DNA from: Octopus sinensis
Taxonomy: Eukaryota
DNA length: 64,000 nt
Direction: 5' to 3'
Assembly: GCF_006345805.1 (NCBI RefSeq)
Contig: NC_043000.1
Location: forward strand, 117,862,001-117,926,000
The position numbers were made by a program, and so were the translations under genes. Under the pieces are notes generated by a model. It was not told where the DNA came from, did not search any database, and saw nothing but the letters and a program-made list of their open reading frames with translations. Of the stretch, positions 38,300 through 50,625 are shown piece by piece; within the stretch, counting starts at the first letter, position 1, and every line of letters begins with the position of its first letter.

Positions 38300-39202
38300 G
38301 ATAGTGGTCTGTTTCCAAGTTTAATCGTGTGCAGAGAGTGAATGTGTGCTCTTCTTTGCTGTCACATCTCACGAATGAACGTTTTTTGGGACCGAATAGT
38401 GACTAATGACGAGAAATAGGTTCTCTAAAAAAATGTCAAGCGCCGAAGACAGTGGGTAGGGAAAGGAGAAACATCGGCACCCCAGACAAAAGGTCTTCAA
38501 CTATGTAAGGTGTTATTTGTCTAATGGAATATGAAAGGTTTAGTCCACTTTGAACTTTTAAGCAAAACCAAACGATAAAAAAGATCTGCTGCGAGTAGTT
38601 TGTGTGCCCTTAAGTCAATACTAGAAAGAAAACGACCATCTTTGGTTTCAAGACGAACGGTGTTCTTCCATCGGGATAATGCTTGACCAAATACAGCGAG
38701 GATGGAATTCCGAAGACTAGAGCAGTTTGAATGGGAAACGATGCCCCACCCACCATATTCACGGGTATTGCGCCATCTGATTATCATTTATTCCGCAGTC
38801 TTCAAAATCATTTGGACGGAAAAAAATATGAACTCCGTAGACGAAGTCAACACAGTAGTGGAGGTTTAAAAAATTATTTTCATAGAAACTTCTTTTGAAA
38901 TTCCTATTTTGTTTTACACACAGGTGCAGGCGTGGATGTGAGGTAAGAAGCCTGCTTCTTTCTCAACCACATGGTTCCGGGTTCAGTCCCAGTGTGTGGC
39001 ACTAGGGACAACTGCCTTCTACTATAGCCTCGGGCCGACCAAAAGCAAATTTTGGAAGAGGGGCCTTGCAAGTCTACTCTATAGATAGAAGAAAGAGCAT
39101 TGTAGAAAATGAGGGAGAGTATATTTTAGATTAAAAAACAACTTTACCTTAATTTTGAAAAATAAAAGTATAAAAAACCGCATTATTTATGGGATGACCC
39201 AG
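38300..39202 (+). mobile_element. Decayed mariner (same family as 29330-30140)
   Basis: DRIVT.DEK-like and HRDNA..HPPYS..APSDYHLFRSLQNHLDG remnants; right TIR GGGATGACCCAG|TA; foreign insert at 38865-39042. Confidence 0.8.
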
Positions 39203-39229
39203 TATATTTCTCACATGGCTAGCACTACA

Positions 39230-39770
39230 TATATGTATGGTGGTGGTAATAGTGGTGATGGTTGTGGTGAAGGCCATTATTGTGGTGTTTGTGTTGGTGG
39301 TGGATGAGGCGGGAATGTAATTGTGGTTGGCGTGGTGGTGGCGATGGAGTCGTAAGGATTTCGTTGTTGTTGTATTAGTGGTGATGGTGGAGGCGACCTT
39401 GATGGTAGTGGTGGTGATGGTGGTGTTGGTAGTGGAGGTGGTGGTTTTGGTGGTGGTGGTGCTGATAGTGGAGGTGATGGTGGTGGTGGTGATGGTGGTG
39501 GCGGTGATGGTGGTGCTGATAGGGCTAGTGGCGGTGGCGATAGTGGTGGTGGTGGTGGTGATGGTCGTGGTAGTGGTTGTGGTGGTAACGGTAGTGGTGG
39601 TGTCCATGATTTTTTTGGTGGTGGTGGTAGTAGCGTTGGTGACTGTAATTGTGATGCAAGTGGATGTGGGTGGGGTGCATGACTGTGGCGCTGGTGATGA
39701 TGGTGGTGGTGGCCATGATTGTGGTGGTGGTGGTGATGGTTGGCGTTGGCGGTGCTGGTGTTGGTCGTTG
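39230..39770. repeat. Degenerate (GGT)n trinucleotide tract
   Basis: Direct reading. Confidence 0.9.
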
Positions 39771-39959
39771 TCGCTTTGGTAGATTCCAGGAGAAGATTAT
39801 TGGAATCACCCTATTATTTTGATATCAAAACTGAGATAAAACAGTCGACATGGGGCGTTGGAATCCAGCCACATCTTCATCAACAGGAACCGAGATAGCT
39901 GCAAGAAATTAGCGCGCTTCGTAGACAAAAACAAGTGGACGACTGAGTGAGACCATCCC

Positions 39960-40117
39960 CATTCTTTTCTTCTTCTTCTTCTTATTCTTCTTCTTCTCTT
40001 CTTCTCCTTTCTTCTTCTTCTTCTTCTTCTTCTTCTTCTTCTTCTTCTTCATTTCTTTCACTTACTACTACTACTACTACTACTACCAGCACCACCAGCA
40101 CCACCACCAGCACCACC

Positions 40118-40154
<37 letters not shown>

Positions 40155-40276
40155 TTACTACTACTACCACCACCACCATCAGGAGTAGTAGTACTACTAC
40201 CGCTACTACAACTACTACAACCACCACAACCACTATAACTACTACAACTACTACTACTACTACTACTACTACTAAT

Positions 40277-40315
<39 letters not shown>

Positions 40316-40388
40316 CTTTACGATTAATCTACTACCACTACAACCACCATCAGGAATAGTAGTACTACTACCGCCACCACCACCACCT

Positions 40389-40427
<39 letters not shown>

Positions 40428-40428
40428 T
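39960..40428. repeat. Compound (TCT)n/(CTA)n/(CAC)n/(TAA)n tract
   Basis: Direct reading; internal duplication of CACCATCAGGA.TAGTAGTACTACTACCGC. Confidence 0.9.
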
Positions 40429-40747
40429 CCTCTTTACTTGCAGGCGGTTCAACTGACGTCACATCAGTTCGCGCCAATGATAAATAGCCGTAAATCAAAG
40501 CACACAGCTGTCACGTAGTCCTCCGTGGCTAGAAATGGTTTTCGCTTTCTCTATTGTTTTTTCATTCTTTTCCTTGTTTTTGCAAGAAAACTTGGTCAGT
40601 TGGGATTCGGAGAGACGAGGAAATAACAAAAGTATAATACGCCATTAATTTCCTATCTAGCAACCAACATTTACCGCACATTTTTTTTTGTTTTTCAACA
40701 GCCACCCTAAGACCTACCGTTGTCTTTAGAATATCAAAAATACATTT

Positions 40748-40981
40748 CTATTTCTTTACTACCCACAAGGGGCTAAACACAGAGAGAACAAACAAGGACA
40801 GACAATAGGGTTAAGTCGATTACATCGACCCCAGTGCGTAACTGGTACTTAATTTATCGACCCCGAAAGGATGAAGGGCAAAGTCGACCTCGGCGGAATT
40901 TGAACTCAGAACGTAGCGGCAGACGAAATACGGCTACGCATTTCGCCCGGCGTGCTAACGATTCTGCCAGCTCGCCGCCTT
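40748..40981 (-). mobile_element. Full-length family A SINE with 43-bp flanking direct repeat
   Basis: Repeats at 40705-40747 and 40982-41024, one mismatch. Confidence 0.9.
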
Positions 40982-41445
40982 CCCTAAGACTTACCGTTGT
41001 CTTTAGAATATCAAAAATACATTTGTCAGCAAACACAACGATGCCTACGTACAACATCAATATTATTATAAAACAGGGTTTCTCAACTATTTTTTTTTAT
41101 CTACGGACTTCTTCGAGCTCTATTTCATTGTGGTGGAACCCCTGAGCCATTCCATGTTTAAAAATTAGCTTTATAAAAACTTCTTTTAAAATTCCTATTT
41201 TTTTTTACAGACAGGCGCAGGCGTGGATGTGAGGTAAGAAAGCCTGCTTCTTTCTCAACCACATGGTTCGGGATTCAGTCCCACTGTGTGGCACTTGGGC
41301 CGACCAAAACCTTGTGAGTGGATTTGGTAGATGGAAACTGAAAGAAGCCCGTTGTATATATATGTGTGTGTGTCTTTGTGTCTGTGTTTGTCACCCATCA
41401 TCGCTTGACAACCGATGTATCTGTGTTTAGCCCCTTGTGGGTAGT

Positions 41446-41523
<78 letters not shown>

Positions 41524-41534
41524 CATACATATAC

Positions 41535-41573
<39 letters not shown>

Positions 41574-41576
41574 CGT

Positions 41577-41631
<55 letters not shown>

Positions 41632-41657
41632 CATATATACATATATATATATACACA

Positions 41658-41705
<48 letters not shown>

Positions 41706-41785
41706 CAAAGTTGAGTTGTGGTGTATCGCACGAGTGGAATTATATACGAAAGAAGGTTTGAAAATGCAATTTAAAAGATGTTTAT

Positions 41786-41830
41786 TTACTTAACCGGTTT
41801 CACTCTTTGGAAAAAGATTGTCAAAAGTAA
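41786..41830 (-). ncRNA. Minimal hammerhead-like motif, U3-A8 core, imperfect stem II
   Basis: UUACUU-UUGACAA-UCUUU UUCC AAAGA GU-GAAA-CCGG-UU-AAGUAA. Confidence 0.55.
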
Positions 41831-41865
41831 CATAGAATATTATGAATTCAAAAAAAATTACATAA

Positions 41866-42151
41866 TTGCCACATTACATGTATATATACAGTCTTTGGTA
41901 ACAGGGACATGTTAAGGACATAAAGAAGTACAACAGTGTGATGAGAATATTTGAAAAAATGGGCAGAAAAGAATAAAACAAATATATTATTGGAAGTTTG
42001 GTTGCGTTAATTATTGGTTGTTGCAAATTGCCACATTACATGTATATATACAGTCTGTGGTAACAGGGACATGTTAAGGACATAAGAAAGTGCAACAGTA
42101 TGATGAGAATATTTGAAAAAATGGGCAGAAAAGATTAAAACAAATATATTA
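41866..42151. repeat. ~125-bp direct duplication inside a probable Penelope-like fragment
   Basis: ATTGCCACATTACATG..AAACAAATATATTAT at 41866-41990 and 42026-42151. Confidence 0.85.
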
Positions 42152-42639
42152 TACATCTCAGGGTCAGTACAGAATATTATGAATTCAAGGCGAGGTTGTT
42201 TACTGACCTGTCCGTTTTAGCAGAAATGTAGAATTGAAAAAGATGTACCCGTTTTTTTCTTTTTTTGGCTTTCCTTCAAGCATCAATGATTTTGGGGTTA
42301 GGATGAGGTGAATATGTGTGTCTCTTTGCGTGTATGTGTGCGTGCATACACATACATGTGGTTTGAATAGATATGTCTGTGTGTCTGTAGTATTTGGTCA
42401 GATAGCGTCTGTTTGTCAAGTGTGTGTGGTTGTCATGGTGTTGTGTGCGCGTGTGTGTGCGCACGCGTGTGCGCGTGTGCGTGCGTGTGTACGCACGCAT
42501 GAGTGTGGATGGCATTTGACATGGTGCTGCGTGTGTATATATGTGCCTGTATGGAGGTGAGACTGGTGTGAGTGTGCGTATCCCTGTGTGCGTGCACACA
42601 CACGTATACAAGCGTCTGCGTGTGGGGGGGGGGGCTGTT

Positions 42640-42775
42640 GTGGAGAGGGGAGGCCGGTATGCATGGGCGACTACTGGTCCTCCATAAAACAACCTTGCCC
42701 AGACTTGTGCCTCAGAGGGTAACTCTCTAGGTGCAAACCCATGGTCACTCATGACCGAAGGGGGTTTTACCCTTT
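42640..42775 (+). repeat. Unclassified dispersed repeat
   Basis: TGGAGAGGGGAGGCC.GTATGCAT.GGCGACT..ATGACCGAAGGG is also at 60030-60153. Confidence 0.7.
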
Positions 42776-42817
42776 TTATATATATATATACAGAGAGAGA
42801 GGAGAGAGAGAGAGAGG

Positions 42818-42890
<73 letters not shown>

Positions 42891-43779
42891 GGATTTATTT
42901 TGAATTTGAAAGTAAGCTGTATCTGGTACTGAAGTTGTAATTCTGGATATGTTGGAAGCGTGGAGTTACCCTTTAATTATCATTACTCATAAGTGCATTC
43001 TGACCCAAATGATAGTACCTAACAGTGTCCCGTCTATGGGTTAAATAGATTTCCTTGGAGTGGAGAAGGTTGACAAAGCCGTGGGGGAAAGCAGCTCTTC
43101 TAGGAGAAAGATACTCTGACATACAACTTGCAGTAGAAAATTCTACATGTCATCTTGCAATGCTTGTCACTGGAAGCCGAGAGATGACAAAACTGCTGTA
43201 GAAGCTTTTCTCGCTTAACTGCAATGATGTACAGATGTCTCATTATCATTTCATTTCCTAATCTGTTTTGTATTTTACAAAAATCATATGGCGATGAATG
43301 TGTGATGTCAAAAATCATATGCGCTCAAATGCAGGGATGAAATTAAAACAGAACAACCAGGCTGAATGTGAAACAGCTATCATCTGACAAGATGGGGCAA
43401 TAAGAGTCATGTGTGCATAAATGTGTGTCTTTGTGTTCCTCACCCTATCATCGCTTTACAATCTCTATTGGTAAATTACCAGTTCAGTAGAATTGACTAA
43501 TAGCTTAAATACTAAATTTTAAAATAGTAACAACTAGGGTCGATTTGTTCGACGAAACCCTTCATGACCCAGAAACAAGGGCTCAGTCCATAGAATGGTG
43601 TCACACCATATTTTCAAGGCCTAAGAAGTTCAACGACCAACGAAGCGTACATATATCATGATGACTGTTTTGAGATAACAAGGGCGTCATTGGTCTTGAT
43701 TTTGTATTTTTGAGCGTGGCTGTGGAGAGAACAGCTCAAAGTGTTTAGAGGAGTCATTAGTAGAAAGAGACCAACCAAG

Positions 43780-44110
43780 AATCTGAAAAATATTCACGTT
43801 CACCGTGGCAATATGCGACCAAATACATTTTAGACAACAAATAAGAGAAGCGGCAACACAGGCTGGACTGTGGTTTCCCGTCCACCGTGCAGATTTGGTA
43901 CTCTCCGACTCCCGTCTTTTTGGTCCAATGGAGGCCAATCTTCGTAGTGAACAACGATTTGTTTACAGACGAAGTGAAAGTACCTGTAGATAAGTAGGTA
44001 CTACCGTGCATTCCTGATTGTTTTTCAAAGAGGATTCGAGAGTTTGGTTAAATATTCGCACAAATGTATCGCTCGAGACTATAATGAATACCTTTGAATA
44101 AAGAATTACT
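43780..44110 (+). mobile_element. Highly decayed mariner C-terminal remnant
   Basis: GWTVVSRPP..DLVLSDSRLFGPMEANLR resembles GWEVLPHPPYSPDLAPSDFHLFGPL. Confidence 0.55.
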
Positions 44111-44126
44111 TTAACTATATGTACAA

Positions 44127-44845
44127 GGCGCAGGACTTGCTTCCAACCACATGGTTCCGAGTTCAGTCCTATTGCTTGGCACCATGGGCAAGTGTTTTCT
44201 GCTATAGCCTCGGGCCGACCAAATCCACTCACATATACGTGTATGTTTGTGTTTGTTCCCCTTTCATCGCTTGAGAATCGATGTTGGGATATTTACGTTC
44301 CCGTAACTTTGTAGTTACAGAATAAGTACTAGGCTTACAAAGAATAAGTCATGGAGTCGATTTGTTCGACTAAATGCGACGCTCCAGTATGGCCTCAGTC
44401 AAATGATTGAAACAAATAAAAGAGTAAAAGAATTGAAGTTGAGGCGCAGGACTGGCTGTGTGGTAAGTAGCTTGCTTACCAGCCACATGGTTCCGGGTTC
44501 AGTCCCGGTGCGTGGCACCTTGGACAAGTGTCTTCTGCTATAGTCTCGGGTCGACCAAAGCTTTGTGAGTGGATTTGGTAGACGGAAACTGAAAGAAGCC
44601 CGTTGTATATATGTATATATATCTGTGAGTGTATGTTTGTGTGTCTGTGTTTGTTCCCCTAGCATCTCTTGACTACCGATGGTGGCGTGTTTATGTCCCC
44701 GTAACTTAGCAGTTCGGCAAAAGAGACCGATAGAATAAGTACTAGGCTTACAAAGAATAAGTTCTGGGGTTGATTTGCTCGACTAAAGGCGGTGCTCCAG
44801 CATAGTCACAGTCAAATGACTGAAACAAGTAAAAGAGTAAAATAG
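44127..44845 (+). mobile_element. Two tandem family B SINEs (44127-44432, 44442-44845)
   Basis: Two heads AGGCGCAGGAC and two tails. Confidence 0.8.
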
Positions 44846-46289
44846 TAAATCAATGTGAGTAAATGAAATAATTATGATCACATTTGTATTACTTTCAGTG
44901 TATGCATGTACACACACACATGGAAACACACACACATACACATAGAAACATACATGCAGACACATACACAGGCACCCTCATATATATATATACCCACGCA
45001 CATACATCATTTCCCTCGATTTTGAAAGTATTTATAAAGAATATGATCTTCTTCATAAAATGTAGAAAAGTAGTCTATGACTACAGAGGGAAGAAAGATT
45101 GAGAGGCAGAAAGAACATAGGAGAGTTTAGAGGCAAGGAAAGAGAGAGCGGGAGAGAGAGCGGAAGAGAGGGAGAATAATGAGAAGGAACGAGATGATAT
45201 TAGTTTTGTAGCTCGCAGTCACCAGTGTAAGCATCCCTTAGCCCATGTTTGTGAATGGTGAAGCAGGAAGAGCTCGGACTAAGAGTGTTTATTTTGGACG
45301 AATGATAAACATATTGCTCAAGATAGTGACTGCACTGATAAAATTTGCAAATTATTCTCAACCACAATTTTGTCCTGACGAAATCGTCTGGAATACACTG
45401 CAACAACAGATAACAGAATATAGTCACAAACGTTTTACTGTTGTTATTTTTGTTGTTGTTTGTGTTTTTTTTTTTTGTTGTTGCTGTTGTTCCAGTTCTC
45501 CAAAGAAGGTTACTTGACTATCACTAGAAATAATAGCAACTGTGAGCCGGTTTAATGTAGTGACTCAGGGAGTGTTAAGTTTAAATAGTCGTCTTGAGAA
45601 TACGTTAATGATACTTCAGGAAGAAGTTTTACCATTATAATTTTATTATTACTATTTTATTATTATTTTTTTTATTAATTTTCATTCTCATTTTTTTTAA
45701 AGTTCTTTTTTTTTTCCTTTTGCGTTGTGAATTATTTGTTTTTAAGCTATCACCCGTGAGACGACAACGGTATGGTCACTCAGACTTCCTCAGTTAACTG
45801 CAAAAGTATTATATTCAAAACTAATCTTGATAAATAATAAATAGACAACCAGTACAACTATAAAGAAGAGCCAAACGAAAAATATAAAAAAGGGCAAAAA
45901 GCAGATTTTTTCACTGAATTTGAATTGAATAAACGTGTTTTTATTCGAATTAGTGCTATTAATGCTTTACTTAAGCTGATTCATAAATGTATGTCTGTTG
46001 TTTGTATTTTGTTATGTTTCCACATATACGAGTGAGTGTACATATAAATACATAAGTATATGGTGTTTGTTTGATCATATCGAGGAAGGAAGATTCAGCT
46101 TACATTGAGAGCTTCCTTTCTCACTACAGCAACTGCTGAATAAACATTATAAAGTCATATAAAGTTCCAAGAGATTCAAGTACAAAATCATTACAGTTTG
46201 TACAATTTGCTTGAAGTATTGTCTGGTATACGAGTTCTGATCAAAAGACATTAGGACTGGTGTTATAAAAAGAAGACTACAGCATGTAT

Positions 46290-46450
46290 CAATTCGGTGT
46301 TTAATCTCTTTCAAAGAAGTCCCATTCTGAAGCCATTCACTTTATCCACTGGTGGAAGCATTCCTGGAACTCCTTCTTTGGGATAGGGAACAGCTGTCTC
46401 GTCACCTTCTCTTGGATTTCCTGGGCGTCTTGAAATCTAGTTAGGGTACT
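46290..46450 (-). mobile_element. Decayed mariner C-terminal remnant
   Basis: FQDAQEIQEKVTRQLFPIPKKEFQECFHQW. Confidence 0.55.
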
Positions 46451-47779
46451 TTTCTGCGAAATCTGAGCCTTAATTTTTGGCTCATAGCCATAGTCCTATG
46501 ATTTGTCACCTGTTATGACTGTCTTCAAAAAAACATTTCATTTTCCTCGACACAATCAAGGAAATCCTGCGCAGCTGGAACCCGATCTTCTTTTTGAGAC
46601 GACCACACTCTACACACTTTACTTTCTAAGCACTGCTATAAACAACGGTAGTAAGAGAGAATGTTATAACTTAGTATGCACGCACGACAGAGTTTAAGGT
46701 CAATCTGTGCCGAGCGACTTTACTCTGCGTACATTAGTTTCGTTACCGTAGTAACAGTCCCGGTACGTTATGATCAGACCTCGTATATAAATGCTTTTAA
46801 TTTTTTCATGAAGCTAAAACAATGCATGTTGTAAGAAATGAGTCGATGTTTATTACTTTTACTCTGTATTTCAATATTTCGCAGTTTGAACCTCTTCTCC
46901 AGGAAATTTTTGGAGTAATGGTGCTGTGCACTGACTTCTCTGCTCTATCTAAATATGGCCTTAGCTCGTTCCTCCGATAATTTGAATATTTCCAACATGA
47001 TAGCAAATTCAGCCTGACTTAAATGTGACGAGAGTAGAGTAGTATAGTTTGCACGTAATATTATCTACTCACAACTCCATTTCCCCCTAGATTTCCTAAA
47101 GGAAGGCCTTAACCCTGAAATATTGAAATACAAGTCAGAAGTAAAAATAATTGGCTTGTATTATTTCTTATAAATTAGAACGTTTTGGCATTATAAAACA
47201 ATTATAAACAGTTATAGTTTGTCTAATATTCTATACGCCGGTATTTCTTGTAATTTATCTTATTTGCTTTTCCAATAATTTTCATATTTTTGCCCTAAAA
47301 TCAGTGTAGAAGTTACCATACAATTTCTACGTTTCCATTGTATTCTACAACAATAAAAGGTTGCCATCGAGTTGTAGATAACAAGTTACAGAATGTGAAA
47401 AATATCTACGGTATTTTAATGGCGGAATATAGTTGCTTGTATTCTTGTAGTTTTATTCAAGACTTTAAGTGAAGTAAACGCAGCACTGCAAATTAACAAA
47501 ACACGTTTAAATAATGCAGTTATCTTGTTACTTACAATATGACAAAGCTGTTAACTTGTCTGGGACAACGAGAGATGCATTCTTTTATTTTGGACCTTGA
47601 GATACATGCTATGAGTTAAAATGGAGGAAAACATATTGAAATATAATGTATAAATGAAATGTTATACTGTTTTTTTTCTTTTTATCATAGTAAGGCTGAG
47701 CCGTGGTACATATTTAAAGTTTGTTTGTCTGGAACAGTGCGAGTTCAGTTCTTTTACATTAAATACTGAGAAACAAGTT

Positions 47780-47980
47780 ACTCTTTTACTACTTAACTTG
47801 TTTCAGTCATTTGACTGCGGTCATGCTGGAGCACCGCCTTTAGTCGAGCAAATCGACCCCGGGACTTATTATTTGTAAGCCCAGTACTTATTCTATCGGT
47901 CTCTTTTGCCGAACCGCTAAGTTACGGGGAATAAATACACCAGTATAGGTTGTCAAGCAATGCTAGGGGGACAAACACAG

Positions 47981-48015
<35 letters not shown>

Positions 48016-48178
48016 CATATATACGACGGGCTTCTTTGAGTTTCCGTCTACCAAATCCACTCACAAGGCTTTGGACGGCCCGAGGCTATAGTGGAAGACA
48101 CTTGCCCAAGATGCTCCAGTGGGACTGAACCCGGAGCCATGTGGTTGGTAAGCAAGCTACTTACCACACAGCCATTCC
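47780..48178 (-). mobile_element. Family B SINE
   Basis: Match to family; further copies at 57728-58130 and 59410-59590. Confidence 0.85.
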
Positions 48179-49309
48179 TGGAGGGAAAGATATTGAAATG
48201 TAATATGTAAACGAAATGTTGTAGAATTTTGGGATCGTCCTTAAGATTTTGATTGGTCATTTCTAGTCTTCAGATCAACCCGAACAGAACTGACTAAGAT
48301 GTGACAAGGACAAGAACGAGAACAACAATATGTATTTCTTACGTTTATTTGCTCCTCAACATTAAAGCTGGGTTAATGAAAAACAAACAAACAAAACCAA
48401 AAATGCAACATGTGACTACTTGTTTATCCTGCAGCTGTGTCTTCGAGAAGTTGAGACAATGTCGCCTTTAATAATTTTAGTATGGATGTCGATTAACTTT
48501 ACCAAAAGAACTTTTAGATTAAGTGCAAGCTATTTAGCAAACACTAGCGAATTTGCAATCCGAGCTAAATTTACATATCATTATCTAAATACTGTTTATT
48601 CATTTTGTTTTTTTGTTTGGCCACCATCACAGTGACTTTTTTTTTCATATTTAGATATACTTAAATACATGTATACATGCGTGTGTGTATAGTTATAAAA
48701 ACAGGCATATACAGACACACATATACATTTATGTGTTGGGTATGAGTAAGTAAGTGGGTGGTGTAGTCGTACTCCATTAAAAACTCCAAAATACTGATTT
48801 GATACAATGCATTCTATTACTGATATTCTATAGGAAAAAGAAACGCAAAATAAAAGAACAATAATAACCACTTTTATAAGCACAACAAACAACTAATAAT
48901 AGTTCTTATCAACGCGAGTATGAAAATGTGTCCACAGCTAAGCTTTTCTTGTCTTTCTTTTTTTTTTCTCTTTCCTGCGCAATAGAAGATATAAAAGAGG
49001 AAGATGAAAAGATAGGAAAAGAATGAATGAGAGACTTGAAGTAGAGTGAAAGAGCGAGTGACAGAGAGGGAGAGAGAGTTAGTAGAAGGAGAATCAGTTA
49101 CATTTACTATTTAAATGTTAGAAGAAGAAAAAAAAACGTTACCCGTTCCTCTCACACCCACACAGCCTTCATCAAACTTAAAAACTATAGCTGATGTCAT
49201 GTGAGCTGCGAAATTGGCTTTTTGAACTAAAGCGGTAATAAGAACTAGTTGATATTTCCTCCCTTGACAAATGATCGCTTTGTGACGGAGAAGTTGCTGT
49301 CAACAGTCA

Positions 49310-49323
49310 CCACTAGATGGCAC
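49310..49323 (+). promoter_or_regulatory. CTCF-like motif
   Basis: CCACTAGATGGCAC fits the CCASYAGRKGGCRS consensus and lies in unique sequence. Confidence 0.35.
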
Positions 49324-49434
49324 GTCGGAGGAACATAGCATAAACACTGTTTCTTTGTGTTCGTTTCTTCACATCGTTATTACTACTGAAAACAAAACAA
49401 AAATATATATTTACTTTTATTACATCTACATAAA

Positions 49435-49517
<83 letters not shown>

Positions 49518-50009
49518 CTTTTATGGTGGTCTAACATGGAGGTATGCCGACCGGCCAACAAAAGAGAGTTTTTACTTGTTTGTTTTCAAGCGAAATTAAA
49601 AGATCTAAATAAACTTACTATAATGACTTTTTCAGTCATTTATCACCAGTAGAGTAGTTTCTAGTGTATTTTTGTTTTTAGCTTTTCTTTTGGCCAAGGT
49701 GGTTCAGTGACTCAGGACCGGATATCAGCCTGATCGGAACAAGCGAAAAAAGTGAGTTTTAGTTTAACAATGGCCCAGAGTTCAAGTCCACTGTCATGCC
49801 AACCAACAGTTGATGCATCGTGCTAGTGTATACTTTTACCAGATTTTGCTTTCAATATGTAATACATCCAGTTGGATTATGAGAATCATACGCCATATAA
49901 GAGATTAATTTTAATCTTCAAATTAAATTTAACATGAAATGAAGCATTTTATTTGACAATTTTTGTTTAAAGACGATGCTGAAGGCGTGTAAAGAGAACG
50001 ATGACGACA

Positions 50010-50126
50010 AACCAGCAACAGCTACTACTACTACTACTACTACTACTACAACAACTACTACTACTACTATTACTACTGCTACTGCTACTACTACTACTAC
50101 TACTACTACTACTATTGCTACTGCTG

Positions 50127-50208
<82 letters not shown>
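50010..50208. repeat. (CTA)n microsatellite
   Basis: Direct reading. Confidence 0.95.
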
Positions 50209-50625
50209 GTACCAGCGGTTGAATTGGTCCAAATATGAGGGCGATACATTAATTAATTAAAATTACATAGTTTAGAATTTTATTTTTCTGAATTCAGACA
50301 CACACATAGACTCACACACGGACATACGTATACAAATACACACACACACACAATACATACATACATAAATACACATACACACACACAAACACTCACAATG
50401 CACACACACGTAATACCTACACAACTACATACACACACATCATAAACATACATAAATATACCTATACACATACACTCTCAGAATACATACGCACATTGAT
50501 ACACACACTCACACACATTCACATACACACACGTACATATTTATATTTCACTGTATCGTCCAGATTACCAGACTTTGTTCTACATCGCTGGCCACAATGT
50601 GCTTCCTTCCGTTGTCGTAACGGTA

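Noticed and set aside
39149-40498. Mucin-like poly-Thr, poly-Val and poly-Ser ORFs
   Set aside because: They are fully explained by trinucleotide tracts that are open in several frames on both strands.
43040-43320. Possible exon on either strand
   Set aside because: Weak splice sites, stop codons in most frames and no recognisable homology.
45200-45517. Overlapping ORFs in unique sequence
   Set aside because: No recognisable domain and no convincing partner exons.
46840-46985. Strong acceptor TTTCGCAG followed by FEPLLQEIFG..
   Set aside because: An isolated splice signal with an unidentifiable short peptide.
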